Shown here: positions 1 to 8,376 of the stretch, piece by piece | Numbering within the stretch: the stretch's first letter is position 1 | Layout of the letters: each line of letters begins with the position of its first letter | Origin: Deltaproteobacteria bacterium | GTDB lineage: Bacteria; Myxococcota_A; Polyangia; Polyangiales; Ga0077539 | Reading direction: 5' to 3' | Assembly (NCBI GenBank): GCA_030694465.1 | Contig: JAUXYJ010000103.1 | Location: 91,057 to 155,056 of the forward strand | Length of the DNA: 64,000 bases | Notes under the pieces: generated by a model | Seen by the model: the letters and a program-made list of their open reading frames with translations, nothing else | The model's database searches: none | Told to the model about the DNA's origin: nothing | Position numbers and translations under genes: made by a program

Positions 1-1114
1 CTCCCAAGGGGCGCCATTTGCGGCCCCGATCGGACGCGCGAGGGCCTTTCGCAGGACCGTCGCCATCGGCGATCCGCAGACATCGCTTGAGCGTTTCTTC
101 ACGGTGCTCGCACACCACAAGCTCCTCGATCCTCGTGGACGCTTACGAGACGACACGCGGTTGATCGTGATGGGCGACTACTTTGACTGGGGAGCTCCGG
201 CGCAGAGACGCACCGCAGCGGCCGATGGGCTGCGCTTGCTCGCGTGGATCGCGATGCATCCTCCCGAACAGGTCATCGCGCTCACGGGCAACCACGACCT
301 CGCGCGCGTAGGCGAGCTCGCCCACTTCAGCGACGCGCTCTTTGCGCAGGCTCAGCGCGAAGCCGACCGCGCCTACCTCGACAAAGACCCCGAGCGCAAA
401 GAGGCGCTGTTTTGCGAAGACTACAACACCCCCTCATGGGAGCTAATCGCTAGGGATTTTTCAGTATTTCGTGAGACACAACGCACGTGGATTACCTCCC
501 TCTTGCGCGCCGGTCGCTTGCACCTCGCGTGGTCCGAGGGAGGCGTGCTGTTTACCCACGCCGGCGTCTCGCGCCGCGAGCTCACGGTGCTCGGCCTCGA
601 CCCCCAGGGACCGCAAGACCCTGACCGCATCGCGGATGGCCTCAACGCAGCCCTTCTCAAGGCCGTCAGGCGCTGGACCGAGGGCCCCCTGTACATCCCC
701 GACCTGCACCACCCCGGCGACCACCACGACGAGGGCGTAGGGATGCTCTATCACCGTTTTACCGTAGAGCCCGTGGCCCGACCTAAGCCCGAGAGCATGC
801 ACAGACGCACGAGTGTCTATGAGCTTCCGCGTGGTCTTTTGCAGGCAATTGGTCACGTGCGAGACAAGAAGTCTCGCGCGCTCTTGGGCCAAGACGTCTC
901 GCGCGCACACGATGGCCCTCTGCGACTCTTGCGCGTGAGTGACTCCGCGCTGCGCTACGGCCCACTCGAAGCGCCTTCGGACACAGTGCTCTCGGACGAC
1001 ACCGCGAGCGTGTGGCACCTCGACGGCGGCATGAGCCATGCTGATTTGACTGAGTATTCGCTGCTCGATGTGCACCAGCGTGCGTCCCTCACAACACTCG
1101 ATCGGGCGGATTGA
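1..1114 (+). CDS. Calcineurin-like metallophosphoesterase (5' partial; reading frame is open from window position 2)
   Basis: In-frame upstream translation ...RTVAIGDPQTSLERFFTVLAHHKLL has no stop back to nt 2. Phosphoesterase motifs: IVMGDYFDWG (motif II variant), GNHDL (motif III). Paralogous to 30427..31188. Confidence 0.6.
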   Translation, partial: SQGAPFAAPIGRARAFRRTVAIGDPQTSLERFFTVLAHHKLLDPRGRLRDDTRLIVMGDYFDWGAPAQRRTAAADGLRLLAWIAMHPPEQVIALTGNHDLARVGELAHFSDALFAQAQREADRAYLDKDPERKEALFCEDYNTPSWELIARDFSVFRETQRTWITSLLRAGRLHLAWSEGGVLFTHAGVSRRELTVLGLDPQGPQDPDRIADGLNAALLKAVRRWTEGPLYIPDLHHPGDHHDEGVGMLYHRFTVEPVARPKPESMHRRTSVYELPRGLLQAIGHVRDKKSRALLGQDVSRAHDGPLRLLRVSDSALRYGPLEAPSDTVLSDDTASVWHLDGGMSHADLTEYSLLDVHQRASLTTLDRAD

Positions 1115-1301
1115 GCGGCTCTTATTTTGAGTCACTGTTTGGTCACCCGAATCACACAAGCATCTCACCGAGCGCACACAGTGCCTTGGCTCGTGGGCTG
1201 TGACCTCTTTGTGACCAATTGAGCGCAGGCCCAACAACTCCGTGTGGGAGCACTAGATCTACGCGCTGCGAACTCTCTCACGGCGCAGGAGTGCATCTAC
1301 C

Positions 1302-2105
1302 TTGCTCGCCATCGTCAGCTTCTTCGTCGCGCACTGGCTCATTTCGGTCTTCTTTCAGACCTTCTTTCTCCATCGCTATGGGGCTCATCGCATGTTCACG
1401 ATGAGCCCTCGCATGGAGAAGGTGTTTCACGTGCTCACCTGGCTCGCGCAGGGCAGCAGCTATCTCAACCCTCGGGCGTACGCGATCTTGCATCGCGAGC
1501 ACCACGCGTTTAGCGACACGGTGCGCGATCCACATTCGCCGCATGTTTATCCCGATGTCTTCACGATGATGGGCAAGACCAAAGAGCGCTACCAGGGGCT
1601 CTTGATTGGCACGATCCGCAGTGAGCCTCGCTTCGAGGGCGGCGCGCCGTCGTGGCCTGCGCTTGACCGCATTGGGGATAGCTGGATCACGCGCATCGCG
1701 TTTGGTGTGGCCTACACCGCGGTGTACGTAAAGTTCGCTCCGCACTGGGCCTGGTTTGCGCTCTTGCCCGTGCACTACCTCATGGGCCCTGTGCACGGTG
1801 CGATCGTCAACTGGTGCGGACACAAGTACGGCTACCGCAATTTTGACGACGGCGACTGCAGCCGCAACACGCTGCCGTTTGACTTCTTGACCATGGGCGA
1901 GCTCTTTCAGAACAACCACCACAAGTTTGGAATGGCGCCTAATTTTGCAGCCCGCGCGTGGGAGATCGACCCCTCGTGGCCCATCATCAAGGCCCTGAAC
2001 TGGCTAGGCGTGATCAAGCTCTCGGACAACATCCAGGTCGCGCGCTGGAGCCCCGCCAACAAGCTCGCAGCCCACGAAATCACGAGCGAACCGCAGCGGG
2101 TGTGA
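1302..2105 (+). CDS. Membrane fatty-acid (acyl-CoA/acyl-lipid) desaturase
   Basis: Three His boxes HRYGAHR, HREHHAFSD, QNNHHKF; hydrophobic N-terminus; TTG start at 1302. Confidence 0.75.
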   Translation: MLAIVSFFVAHWLISVFFQTFFLHRYGAHRMFTMSPRMEKVFHVLTWLAQGSSYLNPRAYAILHREHHAFSDTVRDPHSPHVYPDVFTMMGKTKERYQGLLIGTIRSEPRFEGGAPSWPALDRIGDSWITRIAFGVAYTAVYVKFAPHWAWFALLPVHYLMGPVHGAIVNWCGHKYGYRNFDDGDCSRNTLPFDFLTMGELFQNNHHKFGMAPNFAARAWEIDPSWPIIKALNWLGVIKLSDNIQVARWSPANKLAAHEITSEPQRV

Positions 2106-2174
2106 GCCTCGAGAGCGCCCCCCCCCGGGATTCTCCCGATTGGCGATCGCGCACGAACCCCCTACGCTGCACGC

Positions 2175-3893
2175 ATGCGTACTTGCTCTGCACTTTGCTT
2201 CACGCTCACTCTCGCGATCACTGCCTGCTCGGATCCTCCGGCCCCCATGGCCGATCGCAACAGTGACGCATCCGGCGACGTCGCCGCCCCACCCAGCGAC
2301 GTCGCCGCTTTGGACGCCGTGATCGAAGATCGCGCGCCCCCGCCCATGCCCGTCTGCGGCAACGGCCGCGTTGAATCAGGCGAGGTCTGCGACGACGGCA
2401 ACATGCGCAGCGGCGACGGATGTCGCGATGATTGCCTGCGAATTGAGCCAGATTATGTATGCACCGTCGCGGGCATGCCATGCATGACCACCGCGGTCTG
2501 TGGCGACGGGCGCATCGGTGGACCCGAGCAGTGCGACGATCGCAACATGACCTCGGGCGACGGCTGCTCGGCCATGTGCACCCTCGAGCCTGGCTATGTG
2601 TGCCCACTGCAGGGCGTCGCGTGTCGCGCGGCCCGCTGCGGCGATGGCATCCGCGCCGACGTCGAGGCCTGTGACGACGGCAACATGGCCGCACGCGACG
2701 GATGCTCGCCCATGTGCCAACTCGAAGACGGTTTTGCCTGCACAATGCCAGGGATGCCGTGCGTCGCCATCCGCTGCGGCGACCGCATGACACAGGGCAA
2801 CGAGCAGTGTGACGACGGCAACAACCTCCCCGGGGACGGGTGCTTTGAGTGCCGCCGCGAGCCCACGTGCACCACGAGCGGCTGCACTACGCAGTGCGGT
2901 GACGGCGTGCTCTTGGCACCCGAGCAGTGCGACGACGGCAACACGCGCAACAACGACGGGTGCAGCGCGACGTGCATGACCGAGCCTGGCTACGCGTGCA
3001 TGATGATCCGCGCGGCCGAGCCCGCGACGGTGCAAGTTCCCATTGTGTATCGCGATTTTCGCGGGGCAGATCTCGCGGGCGGGCACCCGGACTTCGAGAG
3101 CTTTGGGGGCTCTGAGCGCGGCATCGTCACGGCGATGCTCACCGGCGGCAAGCCCACCTATGCGCGCGCGGCGGGCGGCTCGGCCACCACGAGCGGTCGT
3201 GCCGCGTTTGACCAATGGTACCGAGACACCGCCGGGGTCAACGTCACGCTCGTCGAGCGGCTCACGTTGACGAGGGTCTCTGCAGGGATTTATCGCTACA
3301 ACAACAGCGCGTTTTTTCCGCTGGATGGACGCGGTTGGATCGCGATGGGACGCGAGATGCCTCGCAACGACGGGCACAATTTTCACTTCACCAGCGAGCT
3401 TCGGTACTGGTTTCAGTACGCGGGCGGCGAGACGCTTGAGTTTACCGGCGACGACGACGTGTTTGTGTTTATCAACGGCCGTCTGGCCGTGGATCTCGGC
3501 GGAGTCCATGGCGCAGAGAGCGGCAGCGTCACGCTCAACCCCGCGACCGCGACGACGCTCGGGCTCACCGTGGGGCGCGTGTATGAGCTCGCGCTCTTTC
3601 AGGCCGAACGACACACCACCGAGTCGAACTATCGGCTCACGCTGGGTGGGTTTAACCTGCCGAGATCATTGTGTAATTCGGCCTGCGGAGATGGCGTGGT
3701 CACCCGCGACGAGGCCTGCGATGACGGCACCAACGACGGCCGCTACGGGGGCTGTCTGCCGGGCTGCCGCATGCGCGCGCCCTTCTGCGGCGACGGGATG
3801 CTTCAGCGTGACAGCGGCGAGCAGTGCGACGACGGCAACATGGTCAACGGCGACGGCTGCTCGACCCGCTGCGAAAACGAAACCATCGGTTAA
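2175..3893 (+). CDS. Lipoprotein with myxobacterial Cys-rich repeats (CGDG..CDDGN..GDGCS..C, DUF4215-type) flanking a fibro-slime/PA14-like domain
   Basis: Lipobox LAITAC. Eight or more repeats of the C-x-DG-x-CDDGN-x-GDGCS motif. Central VPIVYRDFRG...HPDFE segment is typical of the fibro-slime domain. Confidence 0.7.
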   Translation: MRTCSALCFTLTLAITACSDPPAPMADRNSDASGDVAAPPSDVAALDAVIEDRAPPPMPVCGNGRVESGEVCDDGNMRSGDGCRDDCLRIEPDYVCTVAGMPCMTTAVCGDGRIGGPEQCDDRNMTSGDGCSAMCTLEPGYVCPLQGVACRAARCGDGIRADVEACDDGNMAARDGCSPMCQLEDGFACTMPGMPCVAIRCGDRMTQGNEQCDDGNNLPGDGCFECRREPTCTTSGCTTQCGDGVLLAPEQCDDGNTRNNDGCSATCMTEPGYACMMIRAAEPATVQVPIVYRDFRGADLAGGHPDFESFGGSERGIVTAMLTGGKPTYARAAGGSATTSGRAAFDQWYRDTAGVNVTLVERLTLTRVSAGIYRYNNSAFFPLDGRGWIAMGREMPRNDGHNFHFTSELRYWFQYAGGETLEFTGDDDVFVFINGRLAVDLGGVHGAESGSVTLNPATATTLGLTVGRVYELALFQAERHTTESNYRLTLGGFNLPRSLCNSACGDGVVTRDEACDDGTNDGRYGGCLPGCRMRAPFCGDGMLQRDSGEQCDDGNMVNGDGCSTRCENETIG

Positions 3894-3908
3894 ATCCCTG
3901 CACATCGC

Positions 3909-5036
3909 GTGTACTCTCGCGCGATGACAACCGTGCACACCGTGGGCTCTCTCTCGCGCGCCATGGAGGCGATCGCGCCCACGCGCTTCGCCGCCTCGTG
4001 GGACAACGTGGGGCTCTTGGCCGGAGACCCTACGAGCACGATCACCTCGGTTTTGCTCTGCATTGACCTCACCCGCGAGGTCTTTGACGAGGCCTGCTCG
4101 CTCGGTGTGCAAGCGATCATTGCGTATCACCCGCCGCTGTTTAAGCCCCTCGCGCGGGTCACGCAGGGCTCGCTCATTTACGAGGCCATTCGGCACGACA
4201 TCGCGATCTATTCGCCGCACACGGCGCTCGACGCGGCCGACGGAGGGACCAACGATGTGCTCGCGGATTGCGTGGGAATCTCCAGGCACAATCGCACTTC
4301 TCTCGCCCCGCCTCCGAGCCGCGAGACCCACTGCAAGCTCGTCACGTTTGTCCCGCGCGACGCGCAAGACCGCGTGTGCGATGCGCTCTTTGCAGCGGGC
4401 GCCGGGGTGATCGGGCACTACACGCAGTGCTCGTTTCGCGTGGACGGACACGGGACTTTCTTGGGTGACCCTGCGCACACGAGCCCCGCCGTGGGCCAAG
4501 CCGGGCAGCGCGAGCGCGCCGAAGAGACCCGCGTCGAGGTGCTGGTCCCGCTGGCTCTTCGAGAGGCCATAGTGCAAGCGCTCTACGCAGCACACCCGTA
4601 CGAAACCCCTGCGTTTGACCTAGTAAAATTGCTCGACGAGCCCGAGCACAAGGGCTATGGCCGCGTGGGCTCGCTCACTGCGCCGACGCACTTTCGCGAA
4701 GTGCTGAGTGGGCTCAAGCAGGCGCTCGGCGTGAGCCATGTGTTGGTCGCCGGCCCCACCGATCGGGTGATCACGCGTGCCGCAGTGGGCGCGGGTTCGA
4801 CCGGCGAATACCTGGGCGCAGCCCTCGCGCAACGTGTGGATCTCTTTGTCTTGGGCGAGCTCAGACACCACGACGCCCTCCGCGCGGCGAGCGCTGGGCT
4901 GACCGTCGTGATGACCCTGCACTCGGTCTCAGAGCGCGCCACATTGCGCCATGTGCAATCGCGATTGCGCGCGGCCCTGCCTGAGCTGTCTCTGCACCTG
5001 AGCCAGCGCGATCACGATCCCCTGGTGATTTGCTAA
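3909..5036 (+). CDS. Nif3-family dinuclear metal-centre protein (YqfO/GTP cyclohydrolase 1 type 2 homologue)
   Basis: AASWDNVGLL and IIAYHPPLF motifs; length with central insert is typical of bacterial Nif3. Confidence 0.75.
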   Translation: MYSRAMTTVHTVGSLSRAMEAIAPTRFAASWDNVGLLAGDPTSTITSVLLCIDLTREVFDEACSLGVQAIIAYHPPLFKPLARVTQGSLIYEAIRHDIAIYSPHTALDAADGGTNDVLADCVGISRHNRTSLAPPPSRETHCKLVTFVPRDAQDRVCDALFAAGAGVIGHYTQCSFRVDGHGTFLGDPAHTSPAVGQAGQRERAEETRVEVLVPLALREAIVQALYAAHPYETPAFDLVKLLDEPEHKGYGRVGSLTAPTHFREVLSGLKQALGVSHVLVAGPTDRVITRAAVGAGSTGEYLGAALAQRVDLFVLGELRHHDALRAASAGLTVVMTLHSVSERATLRHVQSRLRAALPELSLHLSQRDHDPLVIC

Positions 5037-5078
5037 CGGTTCGCTCTTTGCACACCGCGCTCTCTTAGGACCCACCCC

Positions 5079-5879
5079 ATGAAATCCATTGCTCCTCGCC
5101 TCGCCCTCGCCGTGGTGCTTTTGCACGCTTCGCCGAGCCTCGCCCTGCGCATCGCGCCACCGCAGCCCATGCCCGTCCCAGTCACGCCGATGCCCTCGCC
5201 CAACCCGGTGCCCGTCGAGGTGATCGTCGTGCCGCCCGGCGGCGACCAGGGCCCCATGCCCTCACCCCAACCGCAGCCCGTGATGATCGAGCCCATCGTG
5301 GTGCAGCCCGCGATCACGCAGGCCCCCGTACGCCAGCCCCCGATCGCGCGCCCGATGGAGCCACCGCCCTGCCCCAGCGTGGGAGAAGAGTACATCCCGA
5401 GAGAGAGCGCCGAGCGATATCGCGAGCGATCCAACACGCTCTTTCTCGTTGGGAGCATTGGCTACGGCAGCGTCTCGGGCACCCTCCCGGTGGTGATCCC
5501 TGGAGTCACGCTGGGCGCATCGCTGCGCATTGTGCGCAGCGGTTGGCTCGTCGAGCCGAGCTTCGATGTGGTCTTCGATGGCCAGCGTCTGGGCAGCTCT
5601 GCGCCCTATCTCGAGATCAGACCGGCAGTGCGCGGAGGCTACACGGGCGCGATCACTCAGCACATCGCCCTGGGAATTCGCTTGGGATATGCGATGGACC
5701 TCGCCATCTCACGCTTTAACCCGCCGGGGCTTATTCACCAAGTCGAGCTCTCGCCGCACCTCACGATTGTCACCGACCGCGGCGTGATCCTCGAGCCCTT
5801 CTTGGCCGCCGGCGTGCAGATCGCCAACCCGATCACACCCATCGCAGTGCTCGGCCTCCGTGTGGGCACGATGCTGTAA
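5079..5879 (+). CDS. Secreted Pro-rich protein with beta-rich C-terminal half
   Basis: Signal peptide MKSIAPRLALAVVLLHASPSLA; PxP repeats; alternating hydrophobic C-terminus. Confidence 0.45.
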   Translation: MKSIAPRLALAVVLLHASPSLALRIAPPQPMPVPVTPMPSPNPVPVEVIVVPPGGDQGPMPSPQPQPVMIEPIVVQPAITQAPVRQPPIARPMEPPPCPSVGEEYIPRESAERYRERSNTLFLVGSIGYGSVSGTLPVVIPGVTLGASLRIVRSGWLVEPSFDVVFDGQRLGSSAPYLEIRPAVRGGYTGAITQHIALGIRLGYAMDLAISRFNPPGLIHQVELSPHLTIVTDRGVILEPFLAAGVQIANPITPIAVLGLRVGTML

Positions 5880-6049
5880 CAGCCTGTGAATTTGCAGGCG
5901 CATCGAGAGGCGCGAGAATCCGAAGTCGCAATCTTCGTGCGGGTGACTCGTGGCCAAGCTAGCGTGGCTGTGCGTCGGGGGATCGAGACCTCTTCGCAGC
6001 AGCGGGGCGCGAGGTGACCAGAGCCCCCCTGACATTGGGCGAGGTCACC

Positions 6050-6274
6050 ATGGATGATTGGATAGCGAAAATGCAGACGAAAGTGAAGTTGCGAGCCAAT
6101 CCTTCCTTCGACATCCGCAAACGCATCCAGCTCTCTGAGGCCGACATCTGCCCGCAGGGACGGCCCACCTGCCGATGTCTTGAGATGCGCGCGCAGATCT
6201 GGACTGCGCCTCCGAGCGGCTCGTACCTCTTCAGCGCGGCCTACTCCCATGGCGGCGACGTGAGGTTTCACTGA
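6050..6274 (+). CDS. Small hypothetical protein, stop overlaps start of downstream Cys-rich lipopeptide (TGATG)
   Basis: ORF MDDWIAKMQTKVK...; 1-nt overlap with next ORF; lower local GC; no homology recognised. Confidence 0.3.
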   Translation: MDDWIAKMQTKVKLRANPSFDIRKRIQLSEADICPQGRPTCRCLEMRAQIWTAPPSGSYLFSAAYSHGGDVRFH

Positions 6275-6561
6275 TGCTTCGCCCAGTGATTTCGCTGCTC
6301 GTTCTCGCGTGGGCCTTCGTCGGCTGCGGCGAGTCCGTGGCACCGCAGGTGTGCGATGGGCCCTGTGTCACCGACGCGGCGACGCAGCCCGATGTGGCGC
6401 CATCCCCAGCAACATGCCCCGCAGAGCGGCCTGTGGTCGGAAGCATGTGCAGCCCTTCATTGGGCGGCGAGGTCTGTTTCTACGGTCGTGAGATTACTTA
6501 CACTTGCATTTGCCGCTGCTTCGACGCTGGCTGCTTCTGGATCACCTGCGACAGCGCTTAA
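6274..6561 (+). CDS. Small secreted Cys-rich lipopeptide (95 aa, 9 Cys), copy 1
   Basis: Signal/lipobox LLVLAWAFVGC; ends CRCFDAGCFWITCDSA. Confidence 0.55.
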   Translation: MLRPVISLLVLAWAFVGCGESVAPQVCDGPCVTDAATQPDVAPSPATCPAERPVVGSMCSPSLGGEVCFYGREITYTCICRCFDAGCFWITCDSA

Positions 6562-6585
6562 CTCACCTCAGCCCATGAGCCCATC

Positions 6586-6879
6586 GTGACATTTCGCCCA
6601 GTGATTTCGCTGCTCGTTCTCGCGTGGGCGTTTGTCGGTTGCGGCGAGTCCGTGGCACCGCAGGTGTGCGATGGGCCCTGTGTCACCGACGCGGCGACGC
6701 AGCCCGATGTGGCGCCATCCCCAGCAACATGCCCCGCAGTGCGGCCTGTAGTCGGAAGCATGTGCAGCGCTTCACTAAACGGCGAGTACTGTCAATACGG
6801 TCGTCGTCCAATTATTATTAGTTGCCGTTGCCGCTGCTTCGACGCTGGCTGCTTCTGGATCAGCTGCGACAACGATTAA
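6586..6879 (+). CDS. Small secreted Cys-rich lipopeptide (97 aa), copy 2, paralogue of 6274..6561
   Basis: Residues 3-55 identical to copy 1 except one substitution (AERP vs AVRP); C-terminal 16 aa nearly identical; central 20 aa diverged. Confidence 0.55.
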   Translation: MTFRPVISLLVLAWAFVGCGESVAPQVCDGPCVTDAATQPDVAPSPATCPAVRPVVGSMCSASLNGEYCQYGRRPIIISCRCRCFDAGCFWISCDND

Positions 6880-6888
6880 CTCACCTCA

Positions 6889-6906
6889 CCCGGCGACGTC
6901 GCCGGG
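6889..6906. repeat. Perfect 18-nt palindrome CCCGGCGACGTCGCCGGG between convergent genes (hairpin; terminator-like)
   Basis: Self-complementary sequence 10 nt after the TAA of 6586..6879 and 11 nt before the stop of 6917..7225(-). The same 16-mer core recurs at 16789, 17637, 44213 and 55922. Confidence 0.45.
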
Positions 6907-6916
6907 TCGCGCGCGC

Positions 6917-7225
6917 TCAGTCCAATCGGCAGCCCTCGCGCTGTGAGATCCAGCGGGCGCGGGCTCCCCACGAGAGCACCGCTTGCGTCTCGACTTCGCG
7001 CCGCGCGTGGTCCACGCGCACCGTGCGCAGGTTGGGGTTGGCCCGGGTCCAGCGCAGGCAAAACGCCTCGTCTTTGTGCATCACAAAGACACACGAGCAC
7101 ATCTCTTTGGCCGCGTACGACGTGAGCAGCGCGAGGTCGTGGTTGTTGTACGGGCGCGGGTCGCCGGGGCAGCCCGCGAGCACGAGCGCCACCGAGGCCA
7201 GCGCTGCACGCAACAGAGTCTTCAT
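6917..7225 (-). CDS. Small lipoprotein (102 aa)
   Basis: Lipobox VLAGC; start overlaps stop of the upstream serine hydrolase gene by 4 nt (ATGA). Confidence 0.5.
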   Translation of the reverse strand: MKTLLRAALASVALVLAGCPGDPRPYNNHDLALLTSYAAKEMCSCVFVMHKDEAFCLRWTRANPNLRTVRVDHARREVETQAVLSWGARARWISQREGCRLD

Positions 7226-8376
7226 GGTGCCACCGCCATCGCCGCTGCAATAAACCCAGCAAAGTCAAAGCCCCGAACGCGATCGTCCGCGGTGCGCACG
7301 ATGACCAATTCGCGCGAGGGGATCACCGTGATCGACTGACCCCAGTGCCCGCGCGCTGCGTAGGTGTCCTCGGGGACTCCGGGCCACGGCGTCGTGACGC
7401 CCTGCTCGGGCACTGGTCGGTTGAGCCAAAACTGCCGGCCCTGCACGTCGTCGGCGTCTGCATCGAGCCTGCGAATTCGCTGCGGAGCGCTCACCTCGGT
7501 CGACGTGCGCACCCACCCCTCGGGCAGGATGCGTTGATCTCGCCAGCAGCCATCGCGCAGCAAGAAGTAGCCAAAGCGCGCGAGGTCTCGCGGCGTGGCG
7601 TACCAGTACGAAGAGCCGATGGGCGTGCCGCTCGCGTCGCGCTCGAGCGTGGCCGAGGTGATCCCGAGCGGATCAAACACATATCGCCATGGATATTCGC
7701 TGTCTTCGCCCGCTGCGCTGTACGCGCGATCGACCGCGCGCGAGAGCAAGTTTGTGTCGCCCGACGAGTACATGTACGTCGTCCCTGGGCGGTCACGAAA
7801 AGGGTGCGAGCCCACAAAGCCCGCGGCGTCGTGGTGGCCCACGCCGTAGAGCATCGCGAGGACCGAGCTCTCTTGGTTGGACGCGTTCTCGTAGGTCTCG
7901 CGCCAATCAAGACCGGTCGCGAACTCCATCGGGTGCTGCACCGTGAGCGCGCACATGTCCATGCGCAGATAGGGCATCCAGCGGCAGAGCGAATCGCTGA
8001 GATTGAGGTAGCCGCGACCGACCGCGATGCCTGTTAAAACATTGGTCAAGCTCTTGGTCATCGACCAGGTGTAGTGCGGCTGCTCGGCGGTCCATGTGCG
8101 CCCATAGCGCTCGTACACAAGCACGCCGCGATGGAGAATAAGCACCGAGTCCGTGCGCACGCCCAAGCGCTGGTCGTCTTCGCCCGTGAGCGTAAACACA
8201 CGCTGCTCGAGCGCTGCGATTTCGGTCGCCCGCGCGGCGCGGGTGGTCTCAATCGCGGACTCCCACTGCGCGTCGGGATAGCGCACGCCCGCAGGGCACG
8301 ACGACTGCGCGAGGGCGCTCGTGGGAGAGAGCGCGAGGGTCGCAATTGCTAGGTAAATTCCAGCTAAAATTCTCAT
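7222..8376 (-). CDS. Beta-lactamase/penicillin-binding-fold serine hydrolase, secreted
   Basis: Signal peptide; SxxK motif SMTKS; YSSG-like motif; class C/esterase-like length. Confidence 0.7.
   Translation of the reverse strand: MRILAGIYLAIATLALSPTSALAQSSCPAGVRYPDAQWESAIETTRAARATEIAALEQRVFTLTGEDDQRLGVRTDSVLILHRGVLVYERYGRTWTAEQPHYTWSMTKSLTNVLTGIAVGRGYLNLSDSLCRWMPYLRMDMCALTVQHPMEFATGLDWRETYENASNQESSVLAMLYGVGHHDAAGFVGSHPFRDRPGTTYMYSSGDTNLLSRAVDRAYSAAGEDSEYPWRYVFDPLGITSATLERDASGTPIGSSYWYATPRDLARFGYFLLRDGCWRDQRILPEGWVRTSTEVSAPQRIRRLDADADDVQGRQFWLNRPVPEQGVTTPWPGVPEDTYAARGHWGQSITVIPSRELVIVRTADDRVRGFDFAGFIAAAMAVAP

Larger units (their letters stand above)
6274..6890 (+). repeat. Tandem duplication of about 312 bp (two units) with internal hypervariable patch
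   Basis: Direct DNA comparison: units from 6280 and 6595 are near-identical over about 190 bp and the last about 70 bp including the TAACTCACCTCA tail. They diverge at 6460-6500 versus 6775-6830, which includes a low-GC stretch ccaattattattag. Confidence 0.85.

Noticed and set aside
461-1922. ORFs 461..1237(-) and 1278..1922(-) antisense to the phosphoesterase and desaturase genes
   Set aside because: Both overlap sense genes carrying diagnostic motifs; no features of their own.
2376-3614. 412-aa ORF antisense to the DUF4215 lipoprotein gene
   Set aside because: Completely overlaps a motif-rich CDS on the other strand. Arg/Ala-rich translation is typical of GC-frame artefacts in about 70% GC DNA.
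3666-4595. 309-aa ORF antisense to the Nif3 gene
   Set aside because: Opposite-strand overlap with a confidently identified gene; no motifs.
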